DNA of 64,000 nucleotides from an uncultured Collinsella sp. (GTDB taxonomy: Bacteria; Actinomycetota; Coriobacteriia; Coriobacteriales; Coriobacteriaceae): positions 11,987-75,986 of the forward strand of contig CATZRJ010000002.1 in NCBI GenBank assembly GCA_958423535.1, in the 5' to 3' direction. A program made the position numbers and the translations under genes. Shown here piece by piece: positions 12,313 through 21,096 of the stretch. How positions within the stretch are numbered: the first letter of the stretch is position 1; every line of letters starts with the position of its first letter. The notes under the pieces were generated by a model. That model did no database searches, was not told the origin of the DNA, and saw only the letters and a program-made list of their open reading frames with translations.

Positions 12313-12420
12313 AAAAAAATAGATGCCCGACCGCTCAAAGCGGACCAGACACCCACAGGAAGGGCTGCTCTTTGGCAGCTATGTAATTCCATGTGGGTAT
12401 CTCGTACCCCTTTAATGGTC
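12313..12420 (-). promoter_or_regulatory. pyr operon leader: PyrR-type attenuator
   Basis: Mutually exclusive hairpins plus a terminator with U7 upstream of pyrR; TACACT -10 at 12428-12433. Confidence 0.7.
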
Positions 12421-12724
12421 AAGGGATAGTGTAGCCAACCTCGAGCTTAATTGCGAGCATAAATACAGGGCAATCCGTAAACGGAGCCCAATGCTCAATA
12501 AACCTATATATATTTGTGGGACGAGCTTGAAAACGTACGCACGAGCTGGCATAATCCCCTCTGCTGCACGCAAATCGGATCTACGTCCAGGGCCGTGGCG
12601 TGAGCACTATCGCCAAAAGAGAAATATCTCTGTGTAGATTACGCACAGGGAACTGCTTCTGTGCTATAGTTCAGGCTTGTTTGTTAACGCGACATGTTCG
12701 TTTGTCGCCCAAGGAGGGTCAGTT

Positions 12725-12913
12725 ATGTCCAAAGTTTGCGAAGTTTGCGGTAAGCACCCCGTTGCCGGTCGCTCCATCAGCCACTCTCACCGCGTCACCA
12801 ACCGTAAGTTCCGCCCCAACATCCAGCGCGTCTACGTGGTCGTCGATGGTCACCGTCGCAAGATGAACGTTTGCTCCACCTGCCTCAAGTCCGGCAAGGT
12901 TGCGCGCTCCTAA
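12725..12913 (+). CDS. rpmB: 50S ribosomal protein L28 (Cys-containing form)
   Basis: MSKVCEVCGK...SHSHR...PNIQ...CSTCLKS; AAGGAGG SD. Confidence 0.96.
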   Translation: MSKVCEVCGKHPVAGRSISHSHRVTNRKFRPNIQRVYVVVDGHRRKMNVCSTCLKSGKVARS

Positions 12914-12981
12914 ATAAGGTCTTACCAACAAGTACCTCGGACTCTCCGGGTCAAAGACCTCGCGTTCACATAGAACTTACC

Positions 12982-13014
12982 AAAGGCGTCCTCCCCAACG
13001 GAGGGCGCCTTTTT
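12982..13014 (+). terminator. intrinsic terminator after rpmB
   Basis: AAAGGCGTCCTCC-loop-GGAGGGCGCCTTTTT. Confidence 0.8.
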
Positions 13015-13015
13015 G

Positions 13016-13077
13016 CACTCATTTGGGACAGACTTACATGAGTGAAAGCGCTCATATAAGTCGATCCCCAATGAACG
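13016..13077. repeat. inverted pair of ~29-bp REP-like elements
   Basis: 13016-13044 and 13049-13077 are degenerate inverted copies sharing a TCATT(T/G)GGGA core with the element at 45086-45119. Confidence 0.55.
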
Positions 13078-13226
13078 AGGCGATGCACTGGTAATTAGTT
13101 TGCTTAAAACGTTTCATTTTATTGAAGCGTTTTAGTGTGCCTTTTAGAGGAATCTGACCGTTCGCCGAATAATTTCTTGCTATCATGCAAGGCGTAGGGT
13201 AAATCTCCGATCGCAAGGAGACACAA

Positions 13227-15875
13227 ATGGTGAAAAAGTCACCGGAAAACACTACTCCCGCAATTGTGGACAACGTAGAGGCGCTTGAGGCTAAGCTCGC
13301 TCAGATGCGAGAGGCCCAGGCGCTTTTTGCTACGTACACGCAGGAGCAGGTCGACAAGATCTTCTATGAGGCCGCCATGGCCGCCAACAAGGCTCGTATC
13401 CCGTTGGCGAAGATGGCCATCGAGGAGACCGGCCGCGGCGTTCTTGAGGATAAGGTCATCAAGAACCACTACGCCGCAGAGTACATCTACAACGCTTACA
13501 AGGACACCAAGACCTGTGGTGTCCTGGAGCGTGACGAGGCTTACGGCATCACCAAGATCGCCGAGCCCATCGGCATCGTGGGCGCCGTCATCCCGACGAC
13601 CAACCCCACCTCCACCGCGATCTTCAAGACGCTGATCAGCCTGAAGACCCGCAACGCCATCATCATCTCCCCGCACCCGGCTGCCGCCAAGTGCACCATC
13701 GCCGCCGCCAAGCTCGTGCTTGACGCCGCCGTCAAGGCCGGCGCTCCCGAGGGCATCATCGGCTGGGTCGATGTCCCCTCCATCGAGCTGACCAACATGG
13801 TCATGCGCGATGTCGACATCATCCTCGCCACCGGTGGCCCGGGCATGGTCAAGGCCGCCTACTCCTCGGGCAAGCCCGCCCTGGGCGTTGGCGCCGGTAA
13901 CACCCCGGTCGTCATCGATGACACCGCCGACGTGCTGCTCGCCGTCAACTCCATCATCCACTCCAAGACCTTCGACAACGGCATGATCTGCGCTTCCGAG
14001 CAGTCCGTGACCGTCATCGACACCATCTATGACCAGGTCAAGGCCGAGTTCCAGAAGCGCGGCTGCTACTTCGTCAAGCAGGGTGCCGAGATGGAGGCCC
14101 TGCGTGCCGCCATGTTCAAGAACGGCGCTCTCGATCACCGCATCCCCGGCATGGCTGCCGCCAAGATCGCCGAGCTCGCCGGCATCGAGGTTCCCGCCAA
14201 GACCAAGATCCTGATCGCCGAGGTCACCTCCACTGACCCCGCCAAGGAGGAGTTCTCCCACGAAAAGCTCTCCCCGGTCCTGGCCATGTATCACGCCAAG
14301 GACTTCCAGGAGGCCGTCGACAAGGCCGAGCACCTGGTGCTCGCCGGTGGCCCGGGCCACACCGCCTCTCTGTACGTGCACCCCGCCCAGGCCGAGAAGA
14401 TCAGCCTGTTCGAGCACGTCATGAAGGCCTGCCGCATCGTCATCAACACCCCGTCTTCGCACGGCGGCATCGGTGACCTGTACAACTTTGGCATGAAGCC
14501 GTCTCTGACCCTGGGCTGCGGCTCCTGGGGCGGCAACTCCGTCTCCGAGAACGTTGGGGTGAAGCACTTGATCAACGTTAAGACTGTGGCCGAGCGCCGT
14601 GAGAACATGCTGTGGTTCCGCGCTCCCGAGAAGGTCTACTTCAAGAAGGGTTCCACGCCCGTCGCCCTCGACGAGCTCGGTACCGTCATGGGCAAGAAGC
14701 GTGCCTTCATCGTCACCGACCAGTTCCTCTTCAAGAATGGCAACACCCGCGCCATCGAGGCCAAGCTCGACGAGATGGGCATCGCCCACGACTGCTTCTA
14801 TGACGTCGAGCCCGATCCGTCGCTGCAGTGCGCACGTCGCGGCGCCAAGCAGATGGCCCTCTTTGAGCCGGACGTCATCATCGCCGTCGGCGGTGGCTCC
14901 GCTATGGACGCCGGCAAGATCATGTGGATGATGTACGAGCACCCCGAGTGCAAGTTTGAGGACATGGCCATGGACTTCATGGACATCCGCAAGCGTATCT
15001 TCACCTTCCCCGAGATGGGCAAGAAGGCCTACTTCGTTGCCGTCCCGACCTCTTCGGGTACCGGCTCCGAGTGCACGCCGTTCGCCATCATCACCGACAA
15101 GGAGACCGGCATCAAGTGGCCGCTCGCCGACTACGCGCTGCTCCCCAACATGGCTATCGTCGACGCCGACAACTGCATGACCGCCCCGCGCGGCCTGACC
15201 GCTGCCTCCGGCATCGACGTCATGACCCACGCCATCGAGTCCTACGTCTCCATCATGGCTTCCGACTACACCAAGGGCCTCTCCGAGCGCGCTGCTAAGC
15301 TCGTCTTCGAGAACCTGCCCTCCAGCTTCACGAACGGCGCCAAGGACCCGCATGCCCGCGAGGAGATGCACAACGCCTCCTGCATGGCCGGTATGGCCTT
15401 CGCCAACGCCTTCCTGGGCCTCAACCACTCTATGGCCCACAAGCTCGGCGCTTTCCATCACCTGCCCCACGGTCTCGCCAACGCCGTCATCCTGACCCGC
15501 GTTATGCGCTACAACGCCGCCGAGGCTCCCGTCAAGATGGGCACGTTCTCCCAGTATCCTTACCCCAACGCGCTGCACAACTACGCCGAGATGGCCAAGT
15601 ACTGCGGCATCGAGGGCAAGGATGACAAGGAGGTCTTCGAGAACTTCATCACGAAGCTCGAGGAGCTCAAGGACTTCATCGGCGTCAAGAAGACCATCGC
15701 CGACTACGGTGTTGACGAGCAGTACTTCCTCGACACCCTCGACGAGATGACCGAGCAGGCATTCAACGACCAGTGCACCGGCGCTAACCCGCGCTACCCG
15801 CTCATGAGCGAGATCAAGGAGCTCTACCTGGACGCCTACTACGGCCGCGAGCCCCAGGACTACGCCGTCTGCTAG
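13227..15875 (+). CDS. adhE: bifunctional acetaldehyde-CoA/alcohol dehydrogenase
   Basis: ALDH domain (TFDNGMICASE), GCGSWGGNS linker, Fe-ADH domain (GGGSAMDAGK, HSMAHKLG). Confidence 0.96.
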   Translation: MVKKSPENTTPAIVDNVEALEAKLAQMREAQALFATYTQEQVDKIFYEAAMAANKARIPLAKMAIEETGRGVLEDKVIKNHYAAEYIYNAYKDTKTCGVLERDEAYGITKIAEPIGIVGAVIPTTNPTSTAIFKTLISLKTRNAIIISPHPAAAKCTIAAAKLVLDAAVKAGAPEGIIGWVDVPSIELTNMVMRDVDIILATGGPGMVKAAYSSGKPALGVGAGNTPVVIDDTADVLLAVNSIIHSKTFDNGMICASEQSVTVIDTIYDQVKAEFQKRGCYFVKQGAEMEALRAAMFKNGALDHRIPGMAAAKIAELAGIEVPAKTKILIAEVTSTDPAKEEFSHEKLSPVLAMYHAKDFQEAVDKAEHLVLAGGPGHTASLYVHPAQAEKISLFEHVMKACRIVINTPSSHGGIGDLYNFGMKPSLTLGCGSWGGNSVSENVGVKHLINVKTVAERRENMLWFRAPEKVYFKKGSTPVALDELGTVMGKKRAFIVTDQFLFKNGNTRAIEAKLDEMGIAHDCFYDVEPDPSLQCARRGAKQMALFEPDVIIAVGGGSAMDAGKIMWMMYEHPECKFEDMAMDFMDIRKRIFTFPEMGKKAYFVAVPTSSGTGSECTPFAIITDKETGIKWPLADYALLPNMAIVDADNCMTAPRGLTAASGIDVMTHAIESYVSIMASDYTKGLSERAAKLVFENLPSSFTNGAKDPHAREEMHNASCMAGMAFANAFLGLNHSMAHKLGAFHHLPHGLANAVILTRVMRYNAAEAPVKMGTFSQYPYPNALHNYAEMAKYCGIEGKDDKEVFENFITKLEELKDFIGVKKTIADYGVDEQYFLDTLDEMTEQAFNDQCTGANPRYPLMSEIKELYLDAYYGREPQDYAVC

Positions 15876-15963
15876 TTTTTAGCACGGTTATTTGCGGCGG
15901 GGGTGCACGGGTGTACGCACGCCCCCGCCGTTGCTTCTATCGCATCGTTGAAAGGATGCAATC

Positions 15964-16728
15964 ATGCTGCTCCCCGATTCCAAGACCGAGCTCGTCCGTC
16001 GCGGCAACAAGGTCGTTTACGACCTGGGCGACAAGATCGTCAAGGTCTTTAACGAGACCAAGCCCGTCTCCGACGTGTTCAACGAGGCTTTGAATCTTGC
16101 CCGCATCAATGAGTGCGGCATCCGCAGCCCCAAGGCTCTCGAGGTTTCTCAGCTCGAGAACGCCAACGGCTGGGCACTCGTGACCGAGAAGGTTCCGGGC
16201 ACCACCCTTGCCGAGAAGATGACTGCTGAGCCCCAGCGCTTTGGTGAGTACCTCGAGATGTTCGTCGACCTCCAGATCGAGATCCACGGCTACACCTCCC
16301 CGCTGCTCAACCGTCAGCGCGACAAGTTCGCCCGCATGATCGACAGCCTCGATCAGCTCAATGCCACCACGCGCTACAACCTTCAGGAGCGTCTGGACGG
16401 TATGACCAAGGAGTTCAAGGTCTGCCACGGCGACTTCAACCCCTCCAACGTCATCGTCGGTGACGACGGCCAGCTCTATGTGTGCGACTGGGCACACGCT
16501 ACCCAGGGCTCCCCTGCTGCCGACGTTGCCACCACTTACCTGCTCTTTGCCCTCAACAGCAAGGATCAGGCCGAGGCCTACCTGGAGCTCTACTGCGACC
16601 GCGCCGACATGCCCATGCAGGTCGTGCGTCAGTGGACGAGCATCGTCGCCGCTTCCGAGCTCGCTCGTAAGCGCAACGTGAACGATGAGTTCCTGAAGAA
16701 CTGGATCGACGTCGTCGATTATCAGTAA
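15964..16728 (+). CDS. APH/choline-kinase-like phosphotransferase
   Basis: IVKVF, CHGDFNPSNV Brenner motif, CDW; GAAAGGA SD. Confidence 0.85.
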   Translation: MLLPDSKTELVRRGNKVVYDLGDKIVKVFNETKPVSDVFNEALNLARINECGIRSPKALEVSQLENANGWALVTEKVPGTTLAEKMTAEPQRFGEYLEMFVDLQIEIHGYTSPLLNRQRDKFARMIDSLDQLNATTRYNLQERLDGMTKEFKVCHGDFNPSNVIVGDDGQLYVCDWAHATQGSPAADVATTYLLFALNSKDQAEAYLELYCDRADMPMQVVRQWTSIVAASELARKRNVNDEFLKNWIDVVDYQ

Positions 16729-16760
16729 TATCTGAGCGATTCATTTCGCATCGGAGGCAC

Positions 16761-16805
16761 AAAGGGAAACCCCGCAGCTCATATGGGCTGTGGGGTTTTC
16801 CTTTT
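16761..16805 (+). terminator. intrinsic terminator after phosphotransferase gene
   Basis: GGAAACCCCGCAGCTC...GGGCTGTGGGGTTTTCC followed by TTTT. Confidence 0.75.
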
Positions 16806-16826
16806 AACTATAAAGATCCTTTATGC

Positions 16827-16870
16827 AAAAGCGGCCCTGCATCTCTACCTCGAGAGACGCAGGGCCGCTT
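16827..16870 (-). terminator. intrinsic terminator after proS
   Basis: AAGCGGCCCTGC...GCAGGGCCGCTT stem with T-run on minus strand. Confidence 0.75.
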
Positions 16871-16899
16871 CGTAAGTGCACCAAATGCAGCGTGCTCGA

Positions 16900-18621
16900 T
16901 TAACGGCGTGCTGCCTTCACAAGCTCGGCAACCTTGGCGACGACCTCATCGATCGCCACGTCCTCGCGCTCGCCCGTAGCACGGTCCTTGAGCTCAACGG
17001 TGCCATTCTTAAGACCGCGCTTGCCCAGAATCACCTGATACGGGAAGCCCATAAGGTCGTTGTCGGCAAACTTAAAGCCGGGACGCTCGTCACGGTCATC
17101 GACGACAACCTCGATACCCTCGGCGCACAGAGCCTCGACGATTTGATCGCAAACGGTAGCGCACTCCTCCTTCTTGGGATCGAGCGGAATCACCGCGACC
17201 TCGTAAGGGGCAACGGAGACCGGCCAGACGATGCCGTGCTCGTCGTTGTGCTGCTCCACGACGGCAGCGAGCGAGCGGGACACGCCCACGCCGTAGCAGC
17301 CCATGATAAGCGGCTTCTCCTTGCCGTCCTCGTCCATAAAGGTGGCACCCATGGCCTCGGAATACTTGGTGCCCAGCTGGAACACCTGGGAGACCTCGAT
17401 GCCGCGGGCAGCAGAGAGCGGCTTGCCGCAGTGCGGGCAGGGATCGCCGGCAACGACGGTGACTAGGTCGGCCCACTCGTCGACGGTAAAGTCGCGCTCG
17501 GGGCAGGCACCGGTAAAGTGATAGTCGACCTCGTTGGCACCGCAGGCCCACTGCTTGGACTCGCGCAGGCTCTCGTCGCAGACCAGACGAATGCCCTCGG
17601 GTAGGTTGACCGGTCCGATAAAGCCCTTATGCAGACCGTAGGTCTGGAGCTCCTCATCGGTCATCATGCGATAGCCCTTGCCAAAAACGTGCTCGGCCTT
17701 GCAGTCGTTGAGCTCGTGATCGCCCGGAACGATGGCCACAACCGGCTTGCCCTCGGCATCGATCAGAGCCAGGGACTTGCGCGTGCCGTTCTCGGGGAAA
17801 CCAAAGAACTTGGCAACGGCCTCGATGGTGCCCATACCCGGAGTCTCGACCTTGGTGAGCGTGCCGTCGCCGGGACCCTCGGTCACAACGACCTTGGTGC
17901 TTGCCGCCTCGTCATCGGCAGCAAAGCCGCAATCGTCGCAGTAGACGAGCGAAGCCTCGCCGGCGTCGGCCAGCGCCATGTACTCGACGGAGGTGTCGCC
18001 GCCGATTTCGCCGGAGTCGGCGACGACGGGCAGAGCCTTGATGTAGCAGCGCTCGCAGATGTTGGCGTAGGCCTGCTTCATCTTGTCGTACTCCTCCTGC
18101 AGGCTCTCCTGCGTGGCGGAGAAGCTGTAGGCGTCCTTCATGATGAACTCGCGACCGCGCATCAGACCAAAGCGGGGACGGAACTCATCGCGGAACTTGT
18201 CCTGGATGTGATAGAGATTCACCGGCAGCTGCTTGTAGGAACGCAGCTCATTGCGCACCAGGGCAGTCACGGTCTCCTCGTGCGTGGGTCCGAGCACGAA
18301 CTCACGCCCGTGGCGGTCATCAAAGCGCACAAGCTCCTTGCCATACGCATCGATACGGCCGGACTCACGCCACAGCTCGGCATCGACCATGATGGGCATC
18401 ATGAGCTCCTGGGCGCCGGCAGCATCCATCTCGTCGCGCACGATGTTCTCGATCTTGCGAATCGAGCGCCACGCGAGCGGCAGATAGGAATAGAGACCGG
18501 CGGCCTCCTTGCGGATCATGCCGGCACGAAGCAGCAGTCGATGGCTCGCAAGCTCGGCGTCGGCCGGATCCTCTTTGAGCGTCGGAGCATACAGCTTAGA
18601 CATATACATTGCTCGAGTCAT
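16900..18621 (-). CDS. proS: proline--tRNA ligase (with editing domain)
   Basis: LGPTHEE, KFRDEFRPRFGLMRGREF, MGCYGVGVSR. Confidence 0.96.
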   Translation of the reverse strand: MTRAMYMSKLYAPTLKEDPADAELASHRLLLRAGMIRKEAAGLYSYLPLAWRSIRKIENIVRDEMDAAGAQELMMPIMVDAELWRESGRIDAYGKELVRFDDRHGREFVLGPTHEETVTALVRNELRSYKQLPVNLYHIQDKFRDEFRPRFGLMRGREFIMKDAYSFSATQESLQEEYDKMKQAYANICERCYIKALPVVADSGEIGGDTSVEYMALADAGEASLVYCDDCGFAADDEAASTKVVVTEGPGDGTLTKVETPGMGTIEAVAKFFGFPENGTRKSLALIDAEGKPVVAIVPGDHELNDCKAEHVFGKGYRMMTDEELQTYGLHKGFIGPVNLPEGIRLVCDESLRESKQWACGANEVDYHFTGACPERDFTVDEWADLVTVVAGDPCPHCGKPLSAARGIEVSQVFQLGTKYSEAMGATFMDEDGKEKPLIMGCYGVGVSRSLAAVVEQHNDEHGIVWPVSVAPYEVAVIPLDPKKEECATVCDQIVEALCAEGIEVVVDDRDERPGFKFADNDLMGFPYQVILGKRGLKNGTVELKDRATGEREDVAIDEVVAKVAELVKAARR

Positions 18622-19704
18622 TTATTTCTCCTCAATAAGCTTGTCGACCTCGGCCATAAGCGCGTCGACAATTTGGTCCTCAGCTACTTTACCAATGATC
18701 TGGCCGTGCGAAAAGAGCAGGCCCTGACCTCGTCCGCAGGCAACACCCAAGTCGGCGTCAGAGGCCTCGCCGGGGCCATTGACCGCACATCCCATAACGG
18801 CGATCGAAAGCGGCGCGGAGTAGTTCTTAAGCCGCTCGGTGACCTCCTCGGCGATAGGAATGAGGTTGACCTGGCAGCGAGCGCACGTGGGGCACGAAAC
18901 GATCTCGGGACCACGGCGGCGAAGACCGAGTGATTGCAAGATACCCCAGGCGACCGGCGGCTCCTCGACCGGATCGGCCGTAAGCGAGACGCGCATGGTG
19001 TCGCCAATGCCCTCGGAAAGCAGAATACCCAAGCCCACAGAGCTCTTAATGGTGCCCTGGAGTTTGGTTCCGGCCTCCGTCACGCCCAGATGAAGAGGAA
19101 CATGGGGGATTTCACGCGACAGCGCACGATAGGTGTCGAGCGTCGTGGTCACGCTATGGGCCTTGGCGGAAAGCACGATATTGGTAAAACCGCGATCCTC
19201 AAAATGTTTGACGAAACGCTCGCTCGACATCACGAGCTTTTCGGGCTGCGTCAGGTCATCGCGCTCGGCGATATCCTGCTCGAGCGAGCCAGCGTTCACG
19301 CCGATGCGAATCGCACAGCCCGCGGCGCCCGCAGCATCGATCACCGCGTCAACCTTAGCCCAATCGCCGATATTGCCGGGATTGATGCGCAGCTTGGCAG
19401 CACCGGCCTCAACGGCACCAATGGCGAGCTTATAGTTAAAGTGGATATCGGCGACAATCGGCACCGGAGACTCGGCACAGATGGTGCGGAAACCCTCGAG
19501 CGCGGCCTCGGTGGGCACACTCACGCGCACAACATCACAACCCGCCTGGGCAAGCGCACGCACTTGCGCAAGCGTTGCCTGGGCGTCGGCGGTATCGGTG
19601 CAGGTCATGGACTGAACCACCACCGGAGTGCCGCCACCCATCTGCACGTCGCCCACAAACACGGGGCGCGTCAGCTCGCGCGGCAAAGGATGGGACAAAG
19701 ACAA
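18622..19704 (-). CDS. ispG: HMBPP synthase IspG
   Basis: VVQSMT, VADIHF, RINPGN, SCPTCARC, MGCAVNGPGE; TTG start inferred from GGGGAG SD. Confidence 0.94.
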   Translation of the reverse strand: MSLSHPLPRELTRPVFVGDVQMGGGTPVVVQSMTCTDTADAQATLAQVRALAQAGCDVVRVSVPTEAALEGFRTICAESPVPIVADIHFNYKLAIGAVEAGAAKLRINPGNIGDWAKVDAVIDAAGAAGCAIRIGVNAGSLEQDIAERDDLTQPEKLVMSSERFVKHFEDRGFTNIVLSAKAHSVTTTLDTYRALSREIPHVPLHLGVTEAGTKLQGTIKSSVGLGILLSEGIGDTMRVSLTADPVEEPPVAWGILQSLGLRRRGPEIVSCPTCARCQVNLIPIAEEVTERLKNYSAPLSIAVMGCAVNGPGEASDADLGVACGRGQGLLFSHGQIIGKVAEDQIVDALMAEVDKLIEEK

Positions 19705-19717
19705 TCCAAACACTCCC

Positions 19718-21079
19718 CTACAAAATAAATCGAAGGACGTCGGAACGAAGCATATAGACAAACAGCAGTGCAAAGAGCACGATACCGACATAGCTGACGA
19801 TTGTCTGCACCTTGAGTGGCAGCTCGCGACCGGCGACCTTTTGGATAATCTCGATAACCAGCTTTCCCCCGTCGAGCGGCGGAATGGGCAGCAGGTTCAT
19901 AAAGCCCAGCGAGAACGAGATGAGCGCGGCAAACGTCAAGAACGTCGCGGGGCCGGCTGCCGCCGCCTGAGAAGACATGACGCTGATGCCCACAATCGAG
20001 CTGGACTGATCGAGTATCTCCATCGTATGCTGCGGCTGCAGCAGACGCATCACGCCCTCAGCGGTCTGCTGAACATAGGAGAACGACAGGCGCGCCGATG
20101 TAATGGGGTCCAAATGGACCACCTGTGTAGAGGCATAAACGCCCAAACGCTCGCCCTCCTTGAGCGCGACCGAGGTCGAAAGATTCTTGCCGTCGTGCTG
20201 ATACTCAATGGCGATATCGTCCTTGCCGGCGGCCGCTCCGATCGAATCGTACACGTCCATCCAGGAAGAGCAGGACACGCCATCGACACTAAGAATCGTG
20301 TCGCCGGCCTCGATGCCTGCCTTGGCGGCTATCGAGCCTTCTTCGACCTGACCGATCACATTGCTATCGACCGGCACCGATACGCCGGCGATAGAGTAGA
20401 TGCTCATAAGCAGCAAAAAGCCTGTCAGAATATTGACGAGAATGCCCGCGAGCAGCATAAAGGCGCGCTTGAGAAAACCCTGGCCCAGATAGGTATGCGA
20501 ACGCTCCTGCTCGAGAAACTCCGACGCAGTGACCGGCAGCTCCCACACATCGCCCTCGGCAGTCGCATGCTCTCGATCGAACTTGCGGCCGTCAAAGGTG
20601 GTATATCCTGCAGCATCGCGCGGCAGCGTCTGGTACCTAACCGGATAGTAACTGGGTGAAGGCTTCTCCCCTTCCTCGTACCAAGGCGCAATGGAGCCCC
20701 AGCCCAAAAGCAAGGCACAAGCCTCGAGAACATCCTCCTCGGACAGCTCCAGCTCGACGGAAAGGTCTGCAACCGAAACACGACCATGACGATAGATCGC
20801 CGCAAGCACACGGTCGGCACACGAGACATCGGTCGGATCCATACCGCAGATAGCGGCATAACCACCCAGCAGAAGCGGCGTCACGCCAAACTTGGTGCCG
20901 ATGCGACGCGACGTATGATGAATGTCAAAACGGCACGGCAGGCCCAAGAAAAACTCGGTGACGCGCACGCCGCACGCACGGGCCGCCAAAAAGTGGCCGC
21001 CCTCATGCAGAAACACAAGGACGGATAGCATCAAAAGGCCCCAAAAGACCGAGGAAAGAACACTCAGAACAGTATCCAT
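19718..21079 (-). CDS. rseP: RseP/site-2 metalloprotease with PDZ domain and ~110-aa insertion
   Basis: HEGGH, GGYA, PDZ (GIEAGDTILSVDG), NLLPIPPLDGG. Confidence 0.92.
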   Translation of the reverse strand: MDTVLSVLSSVFWGLLMLSVLVFLHEGGHFLAARACGVRVTEFFLGLPCRFDIHHTSRRIGTKFGVTPLLLGGYAAICGMDPTDVSCADRVLAAIYRHGRVSVADLSVELELSEEDVLEACALLLGWGSIAPWYEEGEKPSPSYYPVRYQTLPRDAAGYTTFDGRKFDREHATAEGDVWELPVTASEFLEQERSHTYLGQGFLKRAFMLLAGILVNILTGFLLLMSIYSIAGVSVPVDSNVIGQVEEGSIAAKAGIEAGDTILSVDGVSCSSWMDVYDSIGAAAGKDDIAIEYQHDGKNLSTSVALKEGERLGVYASTQVVHLDPITSARLSFSYVQQTAEGVMRLLQPQHTMEILDQSSSIVGISVMSSQAAAAGPATFLTFAALISFSLGFMNLLPIPPLDGGKLVIEIIQKVAGRELPLKVQTIVSYVGIVLFALLFVYMLRSDVLRFIL

Positions 21080-21096
21080 AAAACGAAAAGCAATCC

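Noticed and set aside
13043..13054. cre-like TGAAAGCGCTCA upstream of adhE
   Set aside because: Better explained as the junction of the two inverted REP-like elements, so not counted as an operator.
13239..15578. 779-aa minus-strand ORF, and similar long ORFs at 4434-5915, 9392-10789, 25589-27091 and 51087-52706
   Set aside because: Antisense shadows of clearly identified housekeeping genes.
15964..16728. aminoglycoside resistance gene
   Set aside because: Only the generic APH-like kinase motifs are present; host-like codon usage and no mobile context.
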